Assembly (NCBI GenBank): GCA_050084985.1
Contig: JBITNC010000001.1
Location: 137,392,001-137,456,000 of the forward strand
Source of the DNA: Nageia nagi
Lineage: Eukaryota; Plantae; Pinophyta
Reading direction: 5' to 3'
Length of the DNA stretch: 64,000 nucleotides
The notes under the pieces were generated by a model. It searched no databases and was not told the DNA's origin. It worked only from the letters and a program-made list of their open reading frames with translations. Numbering within the stretch: the stretch's first letter is position 1; the number at the start of each line of letters is the position of its first letter. Both the position numbers and the translations under genes were made by a program. Positions 9,880 to 22,529 of the stretch are shown here, piece after piece.

Positions 9880-12339
9880 GTGAGAAGATCTCCAAGAATG
9901 AAGAAAATTGCAATTCTAACAGACTTGACATTTCTAAAAAGATTTAGGAATGAACATATCTTACCCAATTTTACAAGATTGAAATACCCCTCTAATGATA
10001 TTAGATGTCAAAATGTTTTAAAGAGAGCTAGTATGGCTATTTTGTGTATTCAGATCAAGAATAAAAGGAAAAAACTAGATGACATCTCTAGAAACTTACT
10101 CTCACTACATATCAAAATTGCTAACATTATGGATAGAAAGACATGGGATATCATAGAAATGAGCTCGTCAACAAAAGTAGAGTGGGAGTAAATATCTAGA
10201 ACCAAGAAACATATAAAGAAATTTGAAACTCTAAAAAACAATGCTAAGCTAATTCTGTAAAACTAATATTTTACCTATCTATGTTGCTTGTACCCATTTC
10301 TTGATAATAAGATTCATTATAGTAAAGATATGCTTCTTAACATTCGTAACACTAGTCATTTAATTTTATTAAGTAGCATTCCTCCTATGTTGTTGAATAG
10401 TAATTTCCTTAATAAGCTAGAAATGTTATATGAAGATCATACGTGCAATAATAAAAGTCAAGATCCTTTACTTGCTTCTTCTCCTTGTTCCTCTTCTATA
10501 ATTGTTGCATCTTCTTCATCTTTGAACACATATATATCACCCTATGAAACACAATCTCCTTCTCCCTCTCCTTGCCATGTTAATCATTTAGTTATATCTA
10601 ATGCACAATGCTTACCTAGACATTTTGAAAGGTCTATATTTAAAGGTATTGTTAATCTCTCTAGTGTTGTTCTAAGTAATCATGCTATGAATATTGTCAT
10701 ATACTTAAAGCGGATAAAGGAAATGCAATAGTAGTTCTTGATGTTAATGACTACCATGCAAAATGTTAAATCATCTTATTTCTTCATGTAGCTATAATAA
10801 ATTAAATACTAACCCCTTGAATAAAATTATCAAGAAAGTAAAGAAAGCTATCTTAGTCTCTTTTTTAGATGAGGAAATCAAGAAAGATTAATTCTTAAAA
10901 GATCGATTATACCAAGGATATATGGGGCCCCAAAAATACATAGAGAAGGTATTCCTTAGGCCCATTATGGATACCATTGACTCCCCAACTTATGAGTTAG
11001 CTAAATATTTAGTTAAGAAAAAACTAAAATGCCTATAGGTAAGACATTTTCATACATTAAGAACTATGAACATTTTATAAGCAAGTTAAAGAATCACAAA
11101 GTTAAGGATGGTGATATTTTGGTTAGTTTTGATGTTATTTCCTTATACATAAAATTCATATAGATAAAGCACTAAAGCTTATATCTAACTTAGTATACCA
11201 TGATACATTAGGTTTGATTAAAATATGCCTTTAAACTATATTTTTAGTTGCAAAGGGGATTTCTATGAACAAGTGCATGGGTTAGCAATGGGATCTCCAT
11301 TATCTCCCATTGTTGCCAACTTATATATGGAGTGGTTTGAAACAAAGGGTCTTGATTCATTTCCTTTAAAACTAGAATGGTGGGATATATATGTGGATGA
11401 CACAAATATGAATTGGCCACACAAAAAAGATTCTCTTGAAGTTTTTCATAACCACCTTAATTCAATCGATGATTGTATTAAATTTACAAAAACAATTGAA
11501 CATGATAGTAAGATACCTTTCCTAGATGTACTAATGTATAAAAAGGATAATGGGAATTTGAAAGATGAGGCATATAGAAAAAAGACACATACAAACATAT
11601 ACTTGCATGCCTCATCTCATTATCATTATGCTCAAAAGATGGGGGTTCTCAATACTCTTATAACTAAAGCTCTTAGAATTTTAGATAATGACCTTTTACA
11701 TAAGGAGAAAATGCATCTAACTAAAGCATTAATGAGTAATGGTTATTCTACTAAAGAGATTAGACATGCATGGAATTAGATAGAAAGAGGAAAAACTAAT
11801 GAGAGACTCACCATAATAATACTAATTCATATGAAGGGGTAGCCTACCTTCCCTATATTAAGGGTTTAAGTAATAATTTAGCTAAAATATTAATGAAAGC
11901 ACATATTAAGATAATTTTTATTCCTCTCAATAAATTAGAGAACATGTTCATATATGTGAAGGACCACTTAGAGCCCTTACATCATAAAGGTGTATATAAG
12001 ATAATGTGTGAGTGTGGAACTTGTTACATTGGTGAAATAGGTAGGTCAATACATGAAAAAGTTAAAGAACATTGTGTAAATTTACAATATAATAGAATAA
12101 TCAAATCTACCCTTGTTGAACATGTATATAAGACTAAACACCATATACTAATGGATAAGATTGAATTTCTGGTTAGATGTGATAAATTTCAAGAACAAAG
12201 AATTAGAGAAGCTATTGAAATTAAACTTAACCCTATTAATATCAATAAATACCAAGGTATTGAGATTAGTAGGGCATGGTTAACTATTGTTGACCTAATT
12301 TACAAACATAGAAGGAAAAATAATATGATTATAAAATAG
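9880..12339 (+). pseudogene. Penelope-like RT plus GIY-YIG ORF, broken by stops and frameshifts
   Basis: ORF pieces 9880-10191, 11225-11779 (RT) and 11893-12339 (GIY-YIG). Confidence 0.9.
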
Positions 12340-12472
12340 CCATAACTTTTGCATTTTAACTCAATTTTTCATGTTCTTTACATCGTTAAAAAGATATTTT
12401 TATTTAGAACTTAACTATATTTATCTTTTTGGTATTTTATAATGATAGAGGGTCGACATTGATCTTATAAAA

Positions 12473-12612
12473 TTGGGTATTACTTATCTCTTCTTAAAAA
12501 AAAAGGTTACACTTTATTTTCTTCATTCAATAATTCTAAAAATGGGTCCCATAGATTGGACTCAAAATGTCAATAATTCAAATTCATATGCAATTCAACC
12601 TCAAACCACTAA
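12473..12612 (+). repeat. 3' pseudo-LTR of the Penelope-like element
   Basis: Direct repeat of 9711-9850. Confidence 0.9.
12530..12579 (+). ncRNA. Degenerate minimal hammerhead ribozyme, copy 2
   Basis: CTAAAAA (decayed CTGAAGA), helix II GGGTCC/GGACTC, then CAAAATGTCA, read as decayed CGAAACGTCG. Confidence 0.55.
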
Positions 12613-13484
12613 CGAGAAAAATATTCAAAACAAGAAACATATATTTAGAGAGTTCCAACTCTTTATTTCATACCATTGGATTTCCCTAAGACCAAGACTT
12701 TTAACCTCTCTTAACAAGCTAATAAATAATACAATTCTCTTATTAATTATATTGCTTTATAATCTAAAAGGACATCAATATCATCTTTCCTTCTTGTTAG
12801 GGTTTAACAATTATTAAGGAATCCAACTTATTGAAGTGTCCTCTTGATCCATGAGAGTTATTGCTATATTGAATCTACATTTTATAAGTATGAAAAACAA
12901 ATTGAAGTTGAAATTGAAATTTGATATTAATGTACAAGGGTGAGAAATTATAAAAAAATAAATGAAGTTAAAATCTAGGTCAACGAAGATAGAATATAGA
13001 TCAACATCAAAGATGTTACTATATTATAATTATTATATTTTTTCTTATAACATTCATAGAATATTGTAATAGTTTTTAGAAGACACAAAATCTATTTTAG
13101 CTTAGTTGCCTCATATCATAATAGTTGTAAAGAGATCTAAGGCAAAAAAATGAAAACTCAAATATTGAAGACAAAGCCTAGTTGAGAAAGCATCATTAAA
13201 TAGATACTATTTCTCCCACTCTTGATCTTCAATTACATGTCTCTACATTATCTATCATTTTCATTATCATGGTATATTTGTGTTAATTAATTAGATTCTA
13301 TTACTAAGTCAATTTTATGGAGTACAATCTTGTGAACTCAAATTTATCCAACTCTATTTAATTTGTGGATAATATTTTATTCATTAAGAATTCACTCTTT
13401 TTAGTTTACTTACTTATCCTACAAAACTTTTATGAATGGAACTTGTTACAAGTTTGTGTGAGGCAATGGACACTCACCATATGT

Positions 13485-13580
13485 TACATATCCATCCGCT
13501 TGTGAGGGGGGAGATTTGAACTTGGGACCTCTCATTATCCACTTGAGAGATTTTAGCTACCCCTCTCTCCAACTCCCCTA
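13485..13580 (-). mobile_element. Possible tRNA-derived SINE remnant
   Basis: Minus strand GAGGTCCCAAGTTCAAATCTCC resembles a Pol III B-box/T-arm. The A-box candidate upstream is weak. Confidence 0.3.
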
Positions 13581-13679
13581 CACATGCTGGATTGGAACTT
13601 ATATTTTTACATGTGTATAGGAAACTTCTTATTAGCAAAACCTTAGGTTTATTACATTTGAATCCTTAAAAAAATACAT

Positions 13680-16600
13680 AGATCATAGACATCTTAGAAG
13701 AAGGGCTAAATTAAAATCTAAAGTAGATTTTCTTAATGAATATACATAAATCCATATTTATGATGAATATGAAAATCATAGAATTGAAACTAACAATGAA
13801 AATAATGAACTATATTATAAAATTCTTAGAAGAGATTTCAATGATATCAAATCCCATGGTGAAAAACTAGAAGGTACTAGGAAGCTTAATAAAAAAGCCT
13901 ATGGTTTTAATGCTTTCATTAATAGTTTAAACTTGCATGAACCTTTTTGTGCTAAGGGTTTATTCACTTGGTCCAACAAGAGGTTAGGAGAAGAGTAGGT
14001 ACTTGAAAAATTGGACCATTTTCTTACCACCATATCTTGGCTTAAGAGAGGTGTCCTTACCTAATCTAAATTTCTTCTATACGAGGGCTCTAACCACTAG
14101 CCCATACAAATATCCCTAAAAATTTCCACATGCCTTGAAATTTACCCCTTCAAATTTGAAAAGATGTGGCTCCTTAATAAGGATTTTGGAAACCTAATGA
14201 AACTTTGGTGGAATGAAGAGTAGGGTGGGTGCAAGAAGTTGGGTCCACTTTATGGCCCAAAAGTGGAACTGCTTTTCTTGATTTTCAAGTTTGGGCACAA
14301 TTGATCTCAAAATTTGAAGTGCTTAGACATGGAATCATGAAAAAGTAATTGAAGTGAAAAATTAATGCCCTAACTCTAGTTTTCAAATATGTAATTTATT
14401 TCAATACCCATAAGATAAAAACTAAATTTTGATAGGGATGAACAAAAACCATTTTTTAAAATATATTATTTTAGGACCATACCATGCACATTTTCGACAA
14501 GGATAATTTGATATAAATCAAAGTATTTTCTAAAATCCTTTTAGGAATAGATACTTAAGACTTTTAAGCTTGTCCTAGATATTTTTTCCATAATTTTTTC
14601 ATGAATATTTTTTTTATTAATTTTCTATTGTTCATGTTTGCTATTTCAAAAAGTACTTTATTTCGGCATACATAATTTGATCTAAACTTATACATTTTTT
14701 AATTTTTTTTAATCTTATAGAGAATTCTCAAAAGATTTTCCCCATATAATTTTTTTCATAACTCCTTAAAAATAAAAAATTATTAAGAAAATAAGACACT
14801 CATATTTCAAGTATATGTACTAGTTTCATCGAAAATTAATAGAAAAATATAAAAACTAATCCAATTCTTTCAAAACCTACATCAAATGTATGTCCAAAGT
14901 TGAGATATTCCATTGAAATTACCATGAACACATACTTGTAGGTCCAAGGCTAAGGATTGGTTCACCAACCTTTTCCAATCTTAAAATCGAGCATGAATTG
15001 GAGATTCAAATATCGGGATCTCGAAATATATTAGGATCTTGATATTTAACACTAAGGAAATACATGCATTATATTTTCAAATATCGAGATCTTGATACTT
15101 ATTAGGATCTTGAACCTAAATCGGGATCATAATTTTAATTTATTAAAATCAAGATCTTAATTTTTTTGACATTGAATTTTAACTTCGCCCACTTCCCCTC
15201 AAAGTGGACACAACTTATTGCTTTCAACCAATAGGCAATACATGGAAAAAATATATTTCAATTTGCCACTAAATTTCATAGACTAAAAGGCAAGATATAG
15301 AAGTGAAATAAAAAATAGTTTGGTGATATCTATATCTAGAAAGCTAATCTTGAGCAATAATTTTTCTAACTAGAAGTGCAACTACAACAAGGAAATGAAT
15401 TCAACCTATTCAATTAAGAAAAATAGCTTTTAAAAGAGTTAGATAACATCTATATAAAAGAAATATTTTGGAAGTATAAATCCCAGATCAAATGACTATA
15501 GTCAAGTGATACTTGAACATAATATTTTCGTGTTACCACCATAGTCCATAGGGAAAAAAATTGAATCACTTCCCTAGATATCCCAAATAGGCAAGCTCTT
15601 AACACTCTTAAAGACATCGAGAATCATAATATCTCTTTTTTCAAATCTTTGCTATTATAAGAACTAATTAATAGATTTGATTCTAAAACTCACCTATTGA
15701 GATTTATACCAAATTTGGGAACTCTTAATCATAATGAGATCCTTATGGAACCAATACTATAAGAAGAGGTGGAACATGCTCTATTTCAAATGAAGAGCTA
15801 TTATGCTCATGGCTCATATGGTTTCCTATTAGATTTTTTTAACATTTATGATATTTTCTTAAAGAATATATCATGAGGGTGGTAAGAAAATATTTCTCTT
15901 CAAAACAAATATTTAATAGATTGAAGAACACTTTATTTATTTTTATCCCCAAATCAAATGTTACCAAAACTCTAAATTCATTTAGACCCATCTCTCTTTG
16001 CAATGGTATCTACAAATTAATCTCAAATATTACCACCAATAAACTAAAAATCATTCTCTCTAATATCAACTCTAAATATTAGAATGCCTTTGTCAAAGGT
16101 CGACACTTGTCGGATGGAGTCTTCCTCATTCATGAGCTCATACACTTTCTAAATCGATTCCATAAGAAGGGTATTTACTCATGAAGAAGGATTTTGATAG
16201 GTTAAACTGGGATTTTATCATCTTGATTTTAAGAAAATTTGTTTTTGTAAAGGGCTTGATTTTGTGAGCTAATTTTCTCTTTTTTACCCTTTCTTTCTCT
16301 ATTTTGATTAATTACTACTCAAAAGGTTTCTTCGAGAGCTCATTTGGGCTCCAACAAGGTGACCAATTGTCTCCTTGTCTCTTGATTTTAATGGTTAAAA
16401 GTATTAATAGATGTTTGAAATTTCTTTTACATATAGAGCATATCAAAGGAATACACATTACTAATCATAGTCCTTTAATCAATCATTTGCAATTTACAAA
16501 TGAGATTCTACTAGAAACCAACCTGTCCTTTAGAAAAATCCTAAATTAAAAGGGCTTCTTCACTTTTATAAACTTACCTCAAGCTAAGTGATCAAATATC

Positions 16601-16855
16601 TTAGCTTTTTGGCATCAATATGAGAAATTCACCACTTTAGCTCTTCTCAAACATGATGAGTATGTGAAGTCTTCTTAGTAAGTACCGAGGTATGCCTCTT
16701 GTCAATGGAGGTAATCTTGGAGAATTCTAGAACCAACTTACAACCAAGTCAAATATGGAATTAATGTCTTAGAAAGTAGGTGGCTCTCCATAATAGGATG
16801 GCTTATTAACATTAAAAACATTTTTGAGTGTCCTCCCCATCTTCTGGATGAGGTA
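13680..16855 (+). mobile_element. L1-clade LINE ORF2 fragment (endonuclease end plus RT), degenerate and interrupted
   Basis: Motifs 'FTWSNKR', 'PFKFEKMWL', 'FRPISLCNGIYKLIS', 'GLQQGDQLSPCL', 'HLQF', 'LSVLPIFWM'. Confidence 0.85.
14221..15233. mobile_element. Non-autonomous TIR DNA transposon (about 1 kb) inserted in the LINE
   Basis: Imperfect TIR core GCAA(G/T)AAGTTG(G/T)GTCCACTTT at both ends and TA(G) at both flanks. LINE-like coding sequence resumes after it. Subterminal GATCT-centred repeats at about 15010-15160. Confidence 0.7.
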
Positions 16856-17459
16856 TGTAGACTTTAAATAAAAAATTTATATAAATAAACATTAAAAATA
16901 AAGACTATAATATAGATGTAAATCACTTATCATGGTCCTTTAATTTAATACTAAGAAAGCATGCACCTAATATAGTAACAATCTTTATGATGTGTTTTGG
17001 TATACAATGGATTGGATTGGATCTGAGATGACACCAATAATTATATTCAATAAACCAAATTTATGTTTATCATCATTCAGATATGTTGATTTGGTGATCA
17101 AAGTACAACAACACATGCATCATAGTTACAAAGCAGCAATACCATGTGCATTGTTTGTTTGGTAGTATTAGGGCAAGTGAAGATAATAACATGTATTACA
17201 AAGCTTAGAGCACGATAGATTCTAAAATAAATGGTATCAAAAGACACTGATAGTATAGAATGATGTATGGGAAACCACCAATCAAATAGATTTGATAAGT
17301 GTCATCAACCCAAGTTTACACCTGCTTTGAGGTTTTGATTGTTAGTTTCACTTGTTGGGGATATTTTGACCATTGATTTTGCACCCCATGGATCTAGATG
17401 TCACTACTTGGAGGAATATTGAGAGATCTCTTGCACATTAATGGGGCCATGTGGTAGAG

Positions 17460-18475
17460 CTTAGAAGAATATGACCCATTCTTGTTATTTGTTGATATCT
17501 ATGGCAAAAACACAATCTCTCTCAGTTGCATGGTATGACCTGATTTAGATTATGACAGCATGTTATATGGAGCATGTTGTGAGGTTGGACTTCTTCCAAC
17601 CCCATAGCCTATAGAAAATTTTGAATTTACTGATGGTAAAGTATAGATAGTTGGCATAGTGAGAGATGTCAAAATGCAACTTATGGGACTACGCCTAGAA
17701 CATGACATAGAACTTCTGGTATTGGATATCCCAAATGCATTTTTGATATGGTTCGACAAAGAATGATTACACGTTATGAACAAATGTGCTTATCCTTGGA
17801 TATATGAAAAAGATGAAGAAGAAAGTAATGAAGAAGAATTGGAGAATAGAAGTTATAGCTCTTTCGAAGAAGATCAAAGCTTGATAAAATCTATACATCT
17901 AGATGTTCTTGAGAATGATTTCACTTTTGAATTCTTCTTTGATCAAGAAGATGAGGTAGGAGTGGAAAAGGAAGGGGTTAATGATTGGCATGAGTTTGAT
18001 TCATATTCAAAATTTGGTGACTTTGAGGATAAAAATAGTTTCATGCATCTTGAGCCAGAATTAGATGAGTCTCTTAGTTCAAAATGTGAAGATGAATTTC
18101 AAGAGTGTGCAGTCTTGATTGATGACTTCTTATTCTTGCAACATAATGAAGATTCAATAAAGATAGATCAAGATTCTGCATTGAGAGAACTAGAAGATAT
18201 AAGTGATGTCGATTCTAATGATGAAGAGTATCAAGGTTATACTCCAACAATTTTATGTTGTAGTTGAGATTTATGAAAATCAAAGTGAGCTAGTTGACTC
18301 TATCAATGAGTCAGTCGTCGCAATCACTAAACCATGTAGAGTGGATGAGCCCTTACAACATGAGATAACCAATAAAGAGAACTTCTCATATGCTCCTTTC
18401 AAAGATTCATATAAGTTCAAAGGAGATGCTTTTTCAAAGATTAATATCTCATGTGCGTGTTTGGTGACATGTTGA
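17460..18475 (+). pseudogene. Degenerate retroviral-type aspartic-protease-like domain followed by an acidic region
   Basis: Manual translation 'PFLLFVDIYGK...CMV*PD...IVGIVRDVKMQL...DIELLVLDIPNAF' aligns by eye with the Tat protease at about 58360-58670. It continues into the D/E-rich ORF 17776-18267. Confidence 0.5.
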
Positions 18476-19870
18476 AACTTTGTCACTGTTATTTTCTCAG
18501 TTTGGAGACATATCAGATGGAGGCCAAATTACCTAATGGCTCTACCTAAGGGTAAACCAAAACAAGGTCTTTAATCCTGGTATTAATGTATCATAGTAGT
18601 TTAAAATTTTATTTTTTGCAATGTAAATAGAATATCTTCTATTGCTTTAGTTTTTCAATTACGGATATAATTAGGTTAGGGATCTTAATGAAATCATAGG
18701 GATACATGAGCATTTCAGGCTCATTAATTAACATTGGATTGTTACCAATCCATGTAAGTTCAAATAAAAGCAACAATCATTAGAGCACACCAAGCTTAGG
18801 AACTATTTGTTCTGACCTAGAGACTACAATTGGAATAGACACTTTGGATGATATTAATGATTATCTAATGAAAGAGGAACTAATAATGGTACATTGCCAA
18901 TTGGTGCAAATTTGAGAATAAGAGATAATATGGAGTCTTAGATGACAAATAAAGATATTTAAACTACAATGTGATCAACAAGCCTCATGCTATTGATGAA
19001 GCATGAAAAGAGGACTTATGCTTTAAACTACTATCAAACTGTGAAGAGTGAAGAGACAAACAAGGACATTTGGAATGATGTGGTCACATCATTTGATCTG
19101 TCTAAGTGAGTTGAAACCATAGTTATATCTTCAGAAACTAGACTACAATGTAGGTATCTTGATGGTTATTTGAATAACAAGTGACACTCACTCTAATGTA
19201 AATCGATGGTACAATTATTAGTGAATGTTGACATTGGCTCATATACCAATGAATGATGCATATCACTATGTGCCTTTTCATATATTACTTCTGTTTTTGT
19301 TTTTATTTTGCTATTGATGTAGTTGCACAACAAACACCAAAATACAAGATTTTTGGGACCCTATTTTTGTCAAAGCAATGAGGTGCATTGCCTTGAGATT
19401 GGCTTTTGGCAATGAATAGTTCATTATGAAGAGTAACATGTTATCAAGGAGTGATTCACGAAGATCATGCAACGAAGACCCTAAAGATTATCAGAGTATC
19501 CAATCACTAATTTTGCAACCAAGGAGCCAAGATCTAAGAGATACCATCAAAGCATGAATATTTAGGTTTAGAATGATGCCAGTGGAGATGAGGTCATTTT
19601 TCAAGTTTGCTAGAGTTGAAATCAAAGAGCAAATGCCAGAAGAGGACCTCGTTAAAAACAAGTTTAAGGCTTGGAATTTTTAAATTTTGATCAAGTTTGC
19701 TCTTTGAGGAGCTAGGAGCAAGTTTGCATGTCTTTGGTGACATCAAAGGTGAAAAAGCTTATTTAGCATGCAAAATGCACTGTGCTAAAAAATGGTTTCA
19801 AGGTTGGATTTGACTACCCATTTTCATTATGATGAGAATAGTGTATGTTGAAAATGGCCAAAAATGACCA

Positions 19871-19964
19871 AGGCAACTTTGATCAACTACATCAGTCAGC
19901 CCAAGCAACCTTGATCAACTACATCAATCAGCTTAGGCAACCTTGATTGGCTACATCAATCAAC
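19871..19964 (+). repeat. 3 x 32-bp tandem repeat
   Basis: A(G/A)GCAAC(C/T)TTGAT..CTACATCA.TCA at 19871, 19903 and 19935. Confidence 0.9.
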
Positions 19965-20184
19965 ATCAAATTTTTTCTTTAAGGAAAAGGAGAATCTAGC
20001 ACATGGGTTTTGTGCAAAATTGAAAATCATGCAAGAATGGGATTGGACTTTCCAAAATTGTCCAAGTTTGAGCACTCTAAACCCTAAGTACATGTTTCCA
20101 AGCCTATGTAAATCCAATGGGGTGCATTTTGGTGCCTAACCACCAAGGAGCAAAAAATGGATTTTCATTAAAACTCGAGTTTTA

Positions 20185-21220
20185 AGTGCATGAATGGATG
20201 GAAATAGCTATTATAAGGCACTTTAGGCCTTCAAAGTTTGGATTTGAGCAAGTTTTGAGTGTTCAAAAATCTAGGAGGGGTTTTGCATTCTTATGGAAAT
20301 CCAATGAAGTGAAAACCTATGCCTAGTTTCATGGAGAAAAATCAAATTTTGGGAAAATTTTGATTTTGAGCATTTGGGTGGATGGAAAAGGATATTCTAA
20401 GGCACTTTAGGTCTTCAAATTTTGGATTTTGAGCAAAGTTTGAGTGTTTAAAAATCTAGGAGGAGTTTTGCATTCCTATGGAAATCCAATGAACTGAAAA
20501 CTAGTGCCTAGTTTCATGGAAAAATAACTAAATTATGGACAAAATTTGATTTTGAGCATATGGATGGATGGAAAGGCTATTCTAAGGCACTTTAGATCTT
20601 GAAGTTTTGGATTTTGGGCAAGTTTAAGTGTTCAAAAATCTAGGAGGGGTTTTGCATTCCTATGGAAATCCAATGAAGTGAAAACTAGCACCTAGTTTCA
20701 TGGAGAAAAACCAAATTTTGGGGAAAATTTGATTTTGAGCATATGGATGGATGTAAAAGGCTATTCTAAGGTACTTTAGGTCTTCAAGTTTTGGATTTTG
20801 GGCAATCATCCATAGACATGAAAATCCAATTTTTTGGCAAGAAATAAAGTTTTAAGCACATCATTACATGGAAAAGCACATTTGGAGCATATTTAAACTT
20901 TGGAATTTTCATTTTTGAGCAAGTTTGGAGGCACAAAAATCTGGGAGAGGTTTTGCATTCCTATGGAAATTCAAACTTTTTCACTTCTTTCTCCTAAAAT
21001 GATCCATAAACATGAAAATCCAATTTTTTGGCAAGAAATCAAGTTTTGAGCACATCATTGCATGGAAAAGCACATTTGAAGCACATTTAAACTTTGGAAT
21101 TTTCATTTTTGAGTAAGTTTGGAGGCCCAAAAATCTAGGAGGGGTTTTGCATTCCTATGGAAAATCAAACTTTTTTTCAGTTTTTCTCCCAAAATAATCC
21201 ATAAACATGAAAATCCAAAA
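20185..21220 (+). repeat. Two adjacent related tandem arrays (about 3.4 x 185 bp, then about 2.1 x 195 bp)
   Basis: Units start near 20187, 20368, 20554 and 20737, then 20807, 21002 and 21197. Both arrays share AAAAATCT.GGAG.GGTTTTGCATTCCTATGGAAA. Confidence 0.9.
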
Positions 21221-22529
21221 TTTGAGCAAAAATCCAAAATCTTGCTCAAAAGCTCCAAATCCTCTCAAAACTTGTCAAATACCTTATAATCCCATCCTTC
21301 ATCCATCCATGAGGTCAAATCCACATTTTAAAATTTTTCCAAAATCGACCCCCCTATCATCTTTTCCATAAAATAGATAAAAAGATCCACTTTTTCTTTA
21401 AATCTTCTTAGAATTCCTTGAAAAGTTGGCAGAATGATCACATCAAGGGCAAGTCCAAATTAAAAGAAAGGAGGAGCTCAAAAGACTGACAAAAGGATCC
21501 AAAACTATGATTTAAAACTCCAAATTTTGCCAAATTCATGCAAACACCTCAAAATCCATGCTAGAGGGCATCCATTTTTGTAAATATTTTATTTCTAGCA
21601 TATTTCAATGGAATGAGTATTGTTCTCCCACTAAATGATATTGTAATGTCAATTTAGTATTCAAATTAGTATTTTAATATTTTGTTTTTAAATTAGGGAA
21701 ACACTCAAGAATTTAACCTAAAAAGTCTATAAATAGACCTTAAGGGGTTTCATTTTGGGTAGAATGAAAATTTGGGAAAAAAGTTCAATTTTTTTGTAAA
21801 GGAACAAAATTTTGAAAAATTTTATGTAAATCTTTTTCATGCTAATACAAAGTGGTGACTTATTTTCTCAAGCGATTTGTCAGTGGTGGAGTGGTAAAAT
21901 GGAATTTCTTTCGTGGCTTTCTTTTAGAGTTTGAATGTTTTTGTTTTTCCTTGAAAACTTTCAAGTTTTAGGAAAAAATAGTGGTTCAAATCTTCAAAAA
22001 AATTTCAAATTGCTTCAAGTTTGCTACCTTTTGCCTCTCGCATATTGAAACAAATGTATTCTAAAACATATTAAAGATTTCATTCAAACTTATTTCCAAA
22101 AGCGCATGTTCTACACTAAGTTTCTTTGATTGCATTGGTCTCGTTCATGGAGTACTGACAATTGATCTTGCCTTGTGCTCTAGATTCAAAGATAATTAGA
22201 CAATAGTCATTTACTTTGAACTATATTGATTGAATGAGAACATCTTGATTGATTAAAAAACTTCTTATTTTAGACAATGCTTTGTTGTGACAATCATATT
22301 GTGATCTAACCAGTATTGGATCATTCTCAACTTATTTGCTTATTTTTATCTTTCCTGCATTCTTTTTTTACAAAACCAAAATAACTTTGAATCAAATTAA
22401 AAACACCATGTCCCTAAAAAAATATGAATTAAGAGCTTCTACCCCTATCAAACAAGTTGAGTTCATTCGCCTAAACCATATAAAATTATGCTATTTCAAC
22501 AAGAACATGAACAAATCTTAGGGTTTTAT

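Larger units (their letters stand above)
9711..12612 (+). mobile_element. Penelope-like retroelement (Dryad/Poseidon type), near full length, degenerate
   Basis: N-terminal 'LTFLKRFRNEHILPNF'; RT motifs 'GLAMGSPLSPIVANLYME' and 'YVDDT'; thumb 'YRKKTHTNIYLH'; C-terminal GIY-YIG endonuclease 'GVYKIMCECGTCYIGEIGR...EH'. Flanked by about 140-bp direct repeats. Confidence 0.92.
16856..22501 (+). mobile_element. Giant LTR-like unit or non-autonomous Ogre/Tat derivative (about 5.6 kb)
   Basis: Starts TGTAGAC exactly where LINE coding stops and ends ...TTTCAACA. TATAAATAG near 21728, internal tandem arrays and a protease-like remnant. No matching TSD. Confidence 0.5.

Noticed and set aside
9711-9947. 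Similar ORFs 9711-9947 and 12473-12817 as duplicated genes
   Set aside because: They are incidental translations of the two Penelope pseudo-LTRs.
19871-19964. 32-bp repeats as a CRISPR array
   Set aside because: Head-to-tail with no unique spacers, no cas genes, eukaryotic TE context.
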